Below are positions 34,612 to 43,637 of a stretch of 64,000 nt of DNA, one piece after another (position 1 is the stretch's first letter; the number at the start of each line of letters is the position of its first letter). The position numbers were made by a program, and so were the translations under genes. Origin of the DNA: Amphritea sp. HPY (GTDB lineage Bacteria > Pseudomonadota > Gammaproteobacteria > Pseudomonadales > Balneatricaceae). The notes under the pieces are model-generated. The model was not told where the DNA came from and made no database searches. It saw only the letters and a list, made by a program, of their open reading frames with translations. The stretch lies in assembly GCF_050870985.1 (NCBI RefSeq), contig NZ_CP194015.1, positions 1,941,407 through 2,005,406 of the forward strand. Direction: 5' to 3'.

Positions 34612-34728
34612 TTCTCCAATGTATACGTCTAACAGCTAAAGTGTGCTAAAACGGTATTTGTGTCGCTAGAGGGTAGTGCTTACAATGTTATAAGCAGAAC
34701 TAATAGCACTCTGCCAGAGAGTTAACTG

Positions 34729-35670
34729 ATGGAGTTTAGAGACCCTTATAAAGTAATGGATCTGAAAGCACTGAGGTGCTTCTGGGCCACTGCTAAACAC
34801 GGTAGCCTGACACAAGCGGGCGTTGAACTTGGCATCTCAGAAGCCGCTATCTCCCAACGGCTAAAATCTCTGGAGTCCTATCTGGATTCCAAGCTTTACG
34901 AAACAAGAGGAGGCAGGTTCAAGCTGACTGCCGCTGGACATCAGACATTCGATCTTGCCGTTCTCGTGTTTGATCAGTTACAGGCCTTCGAGAGCAGCAT
35001 TCATGATAACGATCAAATTGCCAATATCGTATTGGCATGCCCCGAATCAATTATTCGCTATGCTTTGCCTGACGTGATGCATCAATTTGCGCGAAATCAT
35101 CCCCTCTGCGAAGTAAAGATCCTAAGCCGTACGCCAAAAGACACTATTGAATTGGTTAAATGCAACGAAGCGGATTTCGGAATCATCCCCGATCGAATAC
35201 TTCCAAAAGGTATTAGTTTTTTGCCATGGCGAACCTATGCTGCTTACCTGATCATGCCAATCAATCACCCGGTAGCGTGTGGTAACCAGTCAAATTTTCA
35301 GGATATTGTTAATGAATTAAAGCGCAAGAAATATCGTTTTATCGCTAATGAATTAGACGAACATCAAAACCAAAAAATAGCCAAAGGCATGCAAGAAGCA
35401 GGACTGGATTATGAGGTCAGTCTGGAAGTCGGTTCAATCGATACAGTAAAACTGTATGTAGCAAGGGGACACGGAATCGCAATCGTTTCCGGGCTCTGCC
35501 TCACAGAGATTGATAAGCATTCGATATCTGCAATCAAAATTCCAAACGGCTACTGCAGTGATACGCTCTATGGCGTGATATTGCGGGACAATAAATGCGT
35601 CTCTAGACTGGTAAAAACCTTATTAGAAGCATTGGGTATGATGCCAATAGATGAAATTTGCAGTCGCTGA
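34729..35670 (+). CDS. LysR-family transcriptional regulator (island-encoded).
   Basis: HTH LKALRCFWATAKHGSLTQAGVELGISEAAISQRLKSLE. 313 aa. Confidence 0.85.
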   Translation: MEFRDPYKVMDLKALRCFWATAKHGSLTQAGVELGISEAAISQRLKSLESYLDSKLYETRGGRFKLTAAGHQTFDLAVLVFDQLQAFESSIHDNDQIANIVLACPESIIRYALPDVMHQFARNHPLCEVKILSRTPKDTIELVKCNEADFGIIPDRILPKGISFLPWRTYAAYLIMPINHPVACGNQSNFQDIVNELKRKKYRFIANELDEHQNQKIAKGMQEAGLDYEVSLEVGSIDTVKLYVARGHGIAIVSGLCLTEIDKHSISAIKIPNGYCSDTLYGVILRDNKCVSRLVKTLLEALGMMPIDEICSR

Positions 35671-35764
35671 TACGCCCGGATAGATTTTAGTACCACCTGC
35701 TATCGAACTGACCATTGATCCATAGCTGCTCCGGTTCTGTTTGGTCGCTTACTGACACAAAGAA

Positions 35765-37237
35765 TCATTCGCCTGCTGTGTTTCTCAGCAACTGTACGTA
35801 AAATCGAATTATCTCGCCGTAATTCACAATGCTGATTCTTTCGTCCTTTCCATGAATTCGTTTCAGATCTTGCTTTTCCAGGCGCATAGGAATAAAGCGA
35901 AAACTCTGTTCAGCGATCTTTTCATAATGTTTTGAGTCGGTGCCCCCTATCACCAGGCTAGGAGCAACCACCGTATCTGGAAATACCTGTCGAATGGTTT
36001 TGTGCAACGCCTGGAACTCAGATGATTCATGATCTGAAACAGAAGAGGCCTCCACCGAATGACCAAGTTTATTAATCGTGATGTCTAAGCCACTAACGGT
36101 CTGCTTCACGTGGTCTAATACCCCCTGAATTGTATCACCTGGAAGGATTCGGAAGTTGATAATCGCTCTGGCCTGTTCAGGGATCACATTCTCCTTTGTT
36201 CCCGTCTCAGGCAGCATTGTCGGCGTTGTAGTTGTCCGGATGATTGCATTGGTCGCGGGTGAGCCTTCCAATTGTGACAACAATAGCGGTTCGAAAAGCC
36301 AGCGATTAGCCACCACTACGCGCATGCCGATAGACATTTCTGAAGCCAGATATTCAAAAATCCCGGCAGCCGGCTGCCTTAACTCCGCGGGCATCCGGTT
36401 ACTTTCCAGGCGATAAATGGCCCTTGCAAGTTTCTCGATAGCCGTTGGGTGTTTCGGCCTGGAAGAATGTCCCCCTTCACCGATCGCAGTCAACTCAAGT
36501 GTTAAATACCCTTTCTCGGCCAGAGCAATCAGTGCAACCGGCTTTGCTACTCCAGGTACGACGTCCTTAACAATGGCAGAGCCTTCGTCCAGAGTAAATT
36601 CTGCCAGTACCCCACGCTCCTGAAGCAAGTTCGCAATCTTTGCTGCACCGTTCTGCCCCCCGGTTTCCTCATCATGCCCGAAGGCAAGATAAACTGTGCG
36701 CTGAGGCTGGAATCCTTGTTTGATTAGGATTTCTACTGCTTCAAGGGATGCTGTTATCGCCAGCTTGACGTCCAGACTCCCACGACCCCATATATATCCA
36801 TCCGCTATATGCCCATCGAATGGTGGGTAGGTCCAGTCACCCTCCTTTCCACTTACACTTGGCACGACGTCCATATGAGCGATCAAGACGATTGGCTTCA
36901 GCGTCTTAGAAGATCCTTTCCAGGTATAAAGCAGGCTGAAGTTGTTAACCACTTCCTTACTTAGTGTCGTGTGGGCTCGAGGAAAAGCCTTTTCGAGGTA
37001 CTGATGTAGTTTAAGAAACTCCGCACCATTTCTTTGCGAGGGGTCTTGGTAAGAGATCGTCTTGTAGCGGATGGCTTCAGCCAGGCGCCTAGCAGCTTGA
37101 TCTACAATTAGGGTAGTCGGTACTACCGGCTCGACAATAATTTGCCGATTGCTTATTAGAGAGGTTCGAAAGAGAATAACACCGAGAAAAATCAAAATAA
37201 TTCCGGTGATCACTGCTGCCATGAGCTTCATGTGCAT
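35765..37237 (-). CDS. M20/M25/M40-family metallopeptidase, membrane-anchored.
   Basis: 490 aa. N-terminal TM helix. M20 metal-binding motifs (..HMDVV.., ..GHDEETGG.., dimerisation domain). Confidence 0.8.
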   Translation of the reverse strand: MHMKLMAAVITGIILIFLGVILFRTSLISNRQIIVEPVVPTTLIVDQAARRLAEAIRYKTISYQDPSQRNGAEFLKLHQYLEKAFPRAHTTLSKEVVNNFSLLYTWKGSSKTLKPIVLIAHMDVVPSVSGKEGDWTYPPFDGHIADGYIWGRGSLDVKLAITASLEAVEILIKQGFQPQRTVYLAFGHDEETGGQNGAAKIANLLQERGVLAEFTLDEGSAIVKDVVPGVAKPVALIALAEKGYLTLELTAIGEGGHSSRPKHPTAIEKLARAIYRLESNRMPAELRQPAAGIFEYLASEMSIGMRVVVANRWLFEPLLLSQLEGSPATNAIIRTTTTPTMLPETGTKENVIPEQARAIINFRILPGDTIQGVLDHVKQTVSGLDITINKLGHSVEASSVSDHESSEFQALHKTIRQVFPDTVVAPSLVIGGTDSKHYEKIAEQSFRFIPMRLEKQDLKRIHGKDERISIVNYGEIIRFYVQLLRNTAGE

Positions 37238-37608
37238 CTACTCTGTGATCGCTAGGTCCAGTGTTCAGCCAATAGCGCTGACTGATTGAGTTAGTGTAGA
37301 CCTGTGACGCACAATCTTCTAAGGGCTCAAAAGCCGGATATTTCCAGTATCAACCGGAAGTGATACTGGGGAGGACTCAGCGGAAGGGTATGCATACCTG
37401 GCTCCAAGATCCGCTTTGGGTCGTAAGCGGAAGTTCAAACAAGCCAGCCAGAAAGTCCGCTGTGTGCCAAGAGCGGACATGGCGCAGTACGACAGGATTA
37501 GACTCTTATCGACCCAAAGGAGACCTCCGAACCAAGCCTACTTTCAACCCGGGGCAGGCAGTGTTCCCTTCAGGCTATGGAGTTACCTTTCTCGAACTTA
37601 AATACGCG

Positions 37609-38169
37609 TTACTGAACACCAACCGGTGCCGCGCATGCTATTGGTAATACTAAGGTACATGGGAAGCGATCCATACGGTCGTACGGAGCGATGGACAATC
37701 CAGTTAACGCAGACTCGTTTGAGTATAAGTCACACGAAAGGAAATCCATGGTCGATTGTGCTGACGTGCTAGGCTCGCTCAGGACTACAACGCGGGTCTC
37801 GAACGCTTGAAATAAATTGTCCGATCGAATGATTAATTCGACATGATCCGGTTGAATCCATGCCCGTTCGGTTACTACACTTGAAATGGCGGGCGTCCGA
37901 AGCGCATCTAATGCTGTAGCCGCTCGGGCTAAGGGACCGTATTCGCCGCACCATAAATTCGCTGCGGACGGTCCGAAAACGGTAACCCCTTCTAAGTTGT
38001 ACCGTACGCGCCCGGTGGTGCGGTGAGTTGTTATTCCGACGACCCTATATTCCGTACCAATGGTATCGTTGCCGCGCTGACTCGGAGGGGCTGCATGCGC
38101 ACAGGGCGGGAGGATCAATGGTAGGCACAGAGCAATACATACTACGACTTTCTGCTGGTAAAGTGACAT
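37609..38169 (-). CDS. Secreted hypothetical protein.
   Basis: 186 aa. Signal peptide MSLYQQKVVVCIALCLPLILPPCAHA. No family recognised. Confidence 0.4.
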   Translation of the reverse strand: MSLYQQKVVVCIALCLPLILPPCAHAAPPSQRGNDTIGTEYRVVGITTHRTTGRVRYNLEGVTVFGPSAANLWCGEYGPLARAATALDALRTPAISSVVTERAWIQPDHVELIIRSDNLFQAFETRVVVLSEPSTSAQSTMDFLSCDLYSNESALTGLSIAPYDRMDRFPCTLVLPIACAAPVGVQ

Positions 38170-38457
38170 GTGAAAGCCCCTAAACTTAAAATAGTTGTGA
38201 ATTAAATCCTTGGTAGTGAGACACGCATAACTTACATCGCTCAGTTGTTACGCTGAACTTGTACTTGTCATTATAGTTAGAGTTGAAGCACTGATGTTTC
38301 TATTAACTAAAACTGCCACTATTAATACCCTTTCTATACCAGGTCGCCTGCTGGCGGTTAATTTCTATCAAATCACCACCTTCTTGTTTTGACAGCCCGG
38401 CCTCTTGAACTTTACTTACTAGTACACGTCGAACTGTCACATACAATAGGTATCTGT

Positions 38458-39372
38458 ATGAAAAGCCGCCTGCTCATAGCCACCTTACTTTTTTTGGGTG
38501 CAGCAAATGTATTCAGTGCGCCAACAACGAGTATCCTCGATTTCGAAGTCCTGCGGCACGATGATGCCAATATAAGCGTTCACGGGCCAGAGTATGTCGA
38601 GGACGGTTTTCGGCTGAAAGCGCAACACTCCGAACCTGGAAATCCACTTCGACTCAATACGCTAGGCACACTTCAGCCTGGATTTCCGGGATCAACCGCA
38701 CTGTATCAAGGCGTAGTCTTGGGAGAAATCATACTCACTGAGGTTGACGGTAAGCCCTTCGATCTGCTTTCGATTCAGCTCGCTGAACTACCGGGTCTCG
38801 ATACGTCGGGGCTGCCAATCAATAGCGGGCCTTTCGATGTTACCTTCTTTGGACAGCAAGTTGACGGTTCGTTAGTTACGAAGACTTTCATCGTCGACGG
38901 GTTCCTAACGCTAAACACCTACTCATTTTCTGGATTCACAGACTTGCTGTCAGTCAACTGGTTTCAGGGTGGCGGTGACATACCGACTCACCAGTTCGAT
39001 AACATCACTGTCGCTGTGACCCCTTTAACAGTAGATATTGATATAAAACCTGGCAGCGACCCGAACTGCTTTAATACCAATGGCCATGGTGTGATTCCTG
39101 TGGCCATTCTCGGTAATGATAATTTTGATGTGCGTAATATCGATCAAAGCAGCCTGTCTTTTTCCGGGCAGGAGGTTCGGATGAGAGGGAATAAAGGTCC
39201 ATTATGTGGGGAGGAAGATTCTAACAGCGACGGATTCTTCGATCTGGTCTGCCATTTCGAAGACGACTCCACGAACTGGTCTCCGGGCAGCTTTGGCAAT
39301 GCAACACTCACCGGAGTGATGCTCGATGGTACCGAGTTCGAGGGCACCGATTCGATCTGCATTGTTCTGTAG
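38458..39372 (+). CDS. Secreted protein carrying the same C-terminal ~110-aa domain as the LamG protein.
   Basis: Start moved to MKSRLLIATLLFLGAANVFSA, which is a signal peptide. The C-terminus DIDIKPGSDPNCFNTNGHGVIPVAILGNDNFDV...LVCHF...LDGTEFEGTDSICIV aligns with AIDIHPDSFPNSINLCSNGTVPIGILGSDTFNV...LVCHY...LDGTPIEGTDSVNIV. Confidence 0.5.
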   Translation: MKSRLLIATLLFLGAANVFSAPTTSILDFEVLRHDDANISVHGPEYVEDGFRLKAQHSEPGNPLRLNTLGTLQPGFPGSTALYQGVVLGEIILTEVDGKPFDLLSIQLAELPGLDTSGLPINSGPFDVTFFGQQVDGSLVTKTFIVDGFLTLNTYSFSGFTDLLSVNWFQGGGDIPTHQFDNITVAVTPLTVDIDIKPGSDPNCFNTNGHGVIPVAILGNDNFDVRNIDQSSLSFSGQEVRMRGNKGPLCGEEDSNSDGFFDLVCHFEDDSTNWSPGSFGNATLTGVMLDGTEFEGTDSICIVL

Positions 39373-39584
39373 CCAATCCTGAATCATAAAGTCATTGATT
39401 GAGACTAGTCCTCAACGGTGGTTAATTATTCTTGTCGAGGGTCTCCTAAGTGCCGAAAGCATACTTAACTATGACAGCTGCTCAAAGCCAAACTAGCTAT
39501 GAATAAGAAACTAAAACAAAAGATGCCTCAAAGATAGGGAATCGTCTCAAGTTCAGCTAATAACAGACTAAATAGCTGGTTTTT

Positions 39585-40181
39585 TTATTCTGTTGGTAGG
39601 CCAATCGATAAGGGAGCAGAAAAGCCACCATTTGGTACGCCAGTTATCACTGGATCGTTTGGCATCGCTTCGACAGCTGGACCGCCAAAGTTACCGCATG
39701 ACCCATTGGGAGCTAGGGAGTAGAAAGAACCGTTGACCTCGACTGGATTAATTGGAATATAAAATAAGTCTGTGACTTCCCCATTTACAATCGCAGGGGG
39801 GTATTGAAAGAGCTGTCGTGGTGTCGCATCACTTTGTCGGAACGATTCATACCAGGACGTAGAAAGTCTCACATAGCGTGGTATATCAGAACAGTCGGAT
39901 GTCATGTAAAGAAGATCTTTACTGGAAAAAGTACCTAAAGGTGTGATCTCAAATAAATACCCTGTTGAGCTCATGGCGAGTACGATTCCTTCTTCACTAA
40001 CTTCGCTTATGAGCTCTCGAACATCCACAACCACTGCTACAGCTTTTCCTGAGGAGTTAATTAACGCTGCGGGTGATAGAGTCTCCTGCTTTTTATTTGC
40101 GTGAGATGGGGGCTCACTCAATGCGAGGGATGAAGCTATGAATGCAGCGAAGGAAATCAAACCTAACTTAATTTTATTCAT
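39585..40181 (-). CDS. Secreted hypothetical protein.
   Basis: 198 aa, signal peptide MNKIKLGLISFAAFIASSLALS. Confidence 0.4.
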   Translation of the reverse strand: MNKIKLGLISFAAFIASSLALSEPPSHANKKQETLSPAALINSSGKAVAVVVDVRELISEVSEEGIVLAMSSTGYLFEITPLGTFSSKDLLYMTSDCSDIPRYVRLSTSWYESFRQSDATPRQLFQYPPAIVNGEVTDLFYIPINPVEVNGSFYSLAPNGSCGNFGGPAVEAMPNDPVITGVPNGGFSAPLSIGLPTE

Positions 40182-41074
40182 TTCGATGACTCCTTATCAC
40201 GAGGAGTTGATACTGAGTTCGATATACTAATTAGCCTAGTACATATGTAGTTGATCAGCGTGCTATCCACAAAAGACAAGCCCCCTTGTAGTGGTCAAGT
40301 TCATGATGGCACTAAAGCCCTACAGGAAGCAGCGGATTCTGCATCTCTGAAGCTGGACCATCTGGATCGGGTGACTGTGCAGGGGTAAAACAGGGGACCG
40401 AGCTCCCTCACTCTGCCAGCCTCTGGGCAAAACTGGTTGTGGGGATGGTTACGCCCGCAAACTGCAGACTGCCGCATTGCGATTGGAAGTTGCACTCGAT
40501 GTTCTGCATTAGAAATAAAAGCCACCGCTGAGATCCGCTTTGTGCCTTTTGCTGAAGCTTTGCGCAGCAAGCCAATAAGACCGCTCTGTGCCGTTAGCTG
40601 AAGTCCAAGCCGCCTTAGTGACATGTCCGTTTTGTGTCGCTAGCTGCCGTCCAGGGGCTGTTCAGGCCCTTAGAAATGGCTATTACTATGAGTGTCTAGT
40701 CAGGCTTGATGTAACGCCCACAGTTTTCATTACATTACTTAATAGCCTAATATAATATACTTTTTCAATATCTATCAATAGTATGCGTATCAACACGCTA
40801 CATTATATTAGCTGGCTCTAATATAGAAGCAATTCATGAATGTCAGTAGCCAAATTCCAACGAAAATAGATCTGTATAACGCCATTGCATAAGACTAATG
40901 GCTCATTAAATAGGTCCACCTTTACCCACACGCACACCCTCGTTGAAAAACATTGAGCATACTTATCAGCCAAATAAGGTTGTATAAAAGCTCATCAATA
41001 CTCGATTTCACAGACCGAATTCTTCATTTTATTCTCCAGCTTCCCCTTTTTGAAACCCTACCCATCTACCTTCC

Positions 41075-41182
41075 GCATGGTTACTGGGCTGTAGAGAATT
41101 TTGAAACTCTACTTCAAACTACTTGGTAGAGTTTTCTATATCGCTAGAGAGGGCATGGTTACTTGCATGTAGAGAGGTAGAG
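41075..41182. repeat. Iteron-like direct and inverted repeats at the 3' end of the Prim-Pol gene.
   Basis: GCATGGTTACTNGNNTGTAGAGA occurs twice, at 41075-41098 and 41153-41176. There are six (G)TAGAG or CTCTAC copies and a GTAGAGAATTTTGAAACTCTAC hairpin. Confidence 0.4.
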
Positions 41183-43248
41183 CTTTGATCAGAGGGATTG
41201 GGAAGATAACGTGCAAAAGCGTCTTCGAACATGGCTAATTCATAGCCATTTTTGTTCACGGTATCAATCTTTATCTGGCGAGGCTTAATCCCATAATGTT
41301 TGAGTAACCTTGCCAATGAGTTCGTAGTCAACTGTTTGCCATGATTCCATTCAGCCCAAGGACGATCCTCTAAACAGACTAACTCTCGAACTAAATCCAT
41401 TGAGTGAATCCGGCTCGATTGTTGTCCCGCAAATATCTTTTGGATATCTTGTAATAGCTGTGGCCCAATACTATCTTCATCATCCTTAACTCTCTCCAGT
41501 GCCATCATTGCCTCCCTGGCTCGAATGGGCCATTCACCTCCTAGGCAATCAGCAATGGCGAGTATTGGAAGCCAATTATCTTTGGCTCTATCGCTATTAA
41601 CTTCAGGAATCTGAGGCTCTGCAGTTTTCAAATTCTCAAAATGATCTTGAGCCCACCGAAGACACTGGCGTCGCAAGTTCTTGTTCTGTTCGAACAAGTC
41701 CAGAGGTAACCGGTCAACACTTTCACTCTGTAACTTCCGGCGCAACAATATCATAATCGACCGATCGCGAATGGTATCTGGAGGAGACTTTATCATAGCG
41801 ATAGCCATTGCTGACCATGTACTAAATCGCTTAGGCATTAGATGCTTACCATCCCCTACAGTCCTAACTACAAATGCAGTACTCCGTGTATGCCCAGAAT
41901 TAATTATTCCGCGTAATTCTTCATTACCCTTCATAAAAGTATCTCCCTCATCAATTAATAAGGTCGAATGCCATTGATCGATCGCACGAAAAATAGCTGA
42001 TGGAGTGATATTGGATGCTATGAGTGATTTGTTAACTAAGGCCCCCAATACTTCTAAGGTAGTTGTCTTACCACAACGCTTTTCAGGAGAAGATAGACAC
42101 ACTTTCGGAAAGATTCTGAAAGCATTTAAGCAGTAAGTCCCCAGTGTCCAAATAGTTAACGCTTCAGCCGCACCTGGTGGGAGTAGCGTGTAACTTTTAA
42201 AGTTGTTAAGAATAGATTCCGCAATTATCTGACCGTCTACTGAATCATGCCAAGGCTCTATGCCATCACTGAACTCGGCACTGTCTTCCTTAGCCATATC
42301 ATCAACTTTTGATTCCGACTTCGGTACTGATCTAGGCTGTAGCATGCCAGCGGAAAAACCACTATTGATTGTTCGATCCGCTTCATCAGTGTGTAAACCA
42401 CACAAACAGCCTGCATTCATTAACATCCCCCTGGCTGTTTCTTCTTTTAATTCTCCACTCCCTACAAGCTGACCAGCGGAAAATGCTGCACGATTAAGCA
42501 TATCGTTCCTGCAGCCCTCTAACGCCTTAGCAACGCTTTCACATCCACGTTCAAGAGCAGCTAAAGCGTAAGAGCTTCCATTACCTATAACCTGCTGAGA
42601 GGGCTCTGAGGCTGCCTGTTCATGTGAGGGTTCCTTTTTCACAATCATATTCAGTAACCATTCTGGAGGTTGAGGCAGAGGAGTATTGAACAAATCTGTA
42701 AGAAATTCGTACCGATTTCCGTTTGAATGAATGGATGGAGGAGCGACAATGTAACCACCATCACCCCTTACATCAAAGCAACTTTTAACATTACAACGAG
42801 TTCGAATTGGTACGTCATCAGGAATAACAAAGAATAGGTGTAGCCCTTTCCCTGTTTGCACGACAGGTCCTGCAGGAAGCTCTCCTCCGTTGTCCGAAAG
42901 CAACTTTCCCCAGACTTCTAAATTATCAACATCAACGACAAAAAAACCATTGATCTTTCCTGTACATAAACCAATGTTGTAATCATGTCCGTTCCACATC
43001 TGTTTAACTAATTCAGGATCCTTTTCAGCATCTTTAAATCCATGCTTCGTTGCAGGTTGCTTGCCCTTAGGTTTCAGAGGAAAAACAGAATATCCCTGCT
43101 CAGCGTATTGGACCGCAGCTTCCGAAAGAGATGTACAAGATTCTGAACTCGAACTCTCTGGTTCGGAGGAGTGCAACACACTATCTTTGGTCTGCTGATC
43201 AAGGAGGTTACTGTCTTGTGTGATTATGTTCTTTTCCATTGTCATCAT
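41119..43248 (-). CDS. Bifunctional DNA primase/polymerase (Prim-Pol) fused to a P-loop NTPase. Island replication protein of the P4-alpha/D5 class.
   Basis: 709 aa. The N-terminal Prim-Pol signature is YSVFPLKPKGKQPATKHGFKDA...NIGLCTGKINGFFVVDVDN. The Walker A motif is SPEKRCGKTTTL. Confidence 0.75.
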   Translation of the reverse strand: MMTMEKNIITQDSNLLDQQTKDSVLHSSEPESSSSESCTSLSEAAVQYAEQGYSVFPLKPKGKQPATKHGFKDAEKDPELVKQMWNGHDYNIGLCTGKINGFFVVDVDNLEVWGKLLSDNGGELPAGPVVQTGKGLHLFFVIPDDVPIRTRCNVKSCFDVRGDGGYIVAPPSIHSNGNRYEFLTDLFNTPLPQPPEWLLNMIVKKEPSHEQAASEPSQQVIGNGSSYALAALERGCESVAKALEGCRNDMLNRAAFSAGQLVGSGELKEETARGMLMNAGCLCGLHTDEADRTINSGFSAGMLQPRSVPKSESKVDDMAKEDSAEFSDGIEPWHDSVDGQIIAESILNNFKSYTLLPPGAAEALTIWTLGTYCLNAFRIFPKVCLSSPEKRCGKTTTLEVLGALVNKSLIASNITPSAIFRAIDQWHSTLLIDEGDTFMKGNEELRGIINSGHTRSTAFVVRTVGDGKHLMPKRFSTWSAMAIAMIKSPPDTIRDRSIMILLRRKLQSESVDRLPLDLFEQNKNLRRQCLRWAQDHFENLKTAEPQIPEVNSDRAKDNWLPILAIADCLGGEWPIRAREAMMALERVKDDEDSIGPQLLQDIQKIFAGQQSSRIHSMDLVRELVCLEDRPWAEWNHGKQLTTNSLARLLKHYGIKPRQIKIDTVNKNGYELAMFEDAFARYLPNPSDQSSTSLHASNHALSSDIENSTK

Positions 43249-43487
43249 GCAGCTCCTTTACCCGAATCATATAGTTCCCCATCACGTGCAGTATCTACTC
43301 GGCTCTGCTCGATAAACGCCCGATAATCAGCCATCCGATACCGAACTGAAGATCCAATTTTTATGAATGGAATGCCTTGTTTGAGATAGCGATCATTGCG
43401 TAGCCGAGACAGAGAAAAGCCTGTCAGCTCCGCGATTTGATGTTCATCTAGTAAAACGTCAGTTTCGTTGTGTATGTTGTTATTCAT
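43245..43487 (-). CDS. AlpA-family phage transcriptional regulator/excisionase.
   Basis: GGAGG RBS before ATG 43487. The HTH LDEHQIAELTGFSLSRLRNDRYLKQGIPFIKIGSSVRYRMAD is typical of AlpA/Xis. The stop overlaps the Prim-Pol start. Confidence 0.7.
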   Translation of the reverse strand: MNNNIHNETDVLLDEHQIAELTGFSLSRLRNDRYLKQGIPFIKIGSSVRYRMADYRAFIEQSRVDTARDGELYDSGKGAA

Positions 43488-43637
43488 GTATGCCTCCATC
43501 CACATAGGTTTGTATTGAATGATGGTCTACAAAGTCAGCGGCTAATAGATAGCAGGGATTGGTAGGTTAGGGTAAAAAGGGATGGGTAGGTTAACTGAGG
43601 GTTACTGCTGGCGGGGCTTTCAAGGATTGGTAGGTTT

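Noticed and set aside
30416-40624. Short ORFs inside repeat or noncoding regions (30416-30658, 30685-30867, 37360-37647, 40301-40624)
   Set aside because: They lie entirely within the intergenic hairpin-repeat regions. Their translations are Arg/Ser-rich low-complexity with no start context.
28790-40680. Could the island's intergenic repeats be a CRISPR array or integron attC sites?
   Set aside because: Copies are dispersed between genes of mixed orientation. They are not regularly spaced and vary in sequence and length. No cas genes, no intI (the integrase is P4-type with an arm-binding domain), and no conserved GTTRRRY core sites are present.
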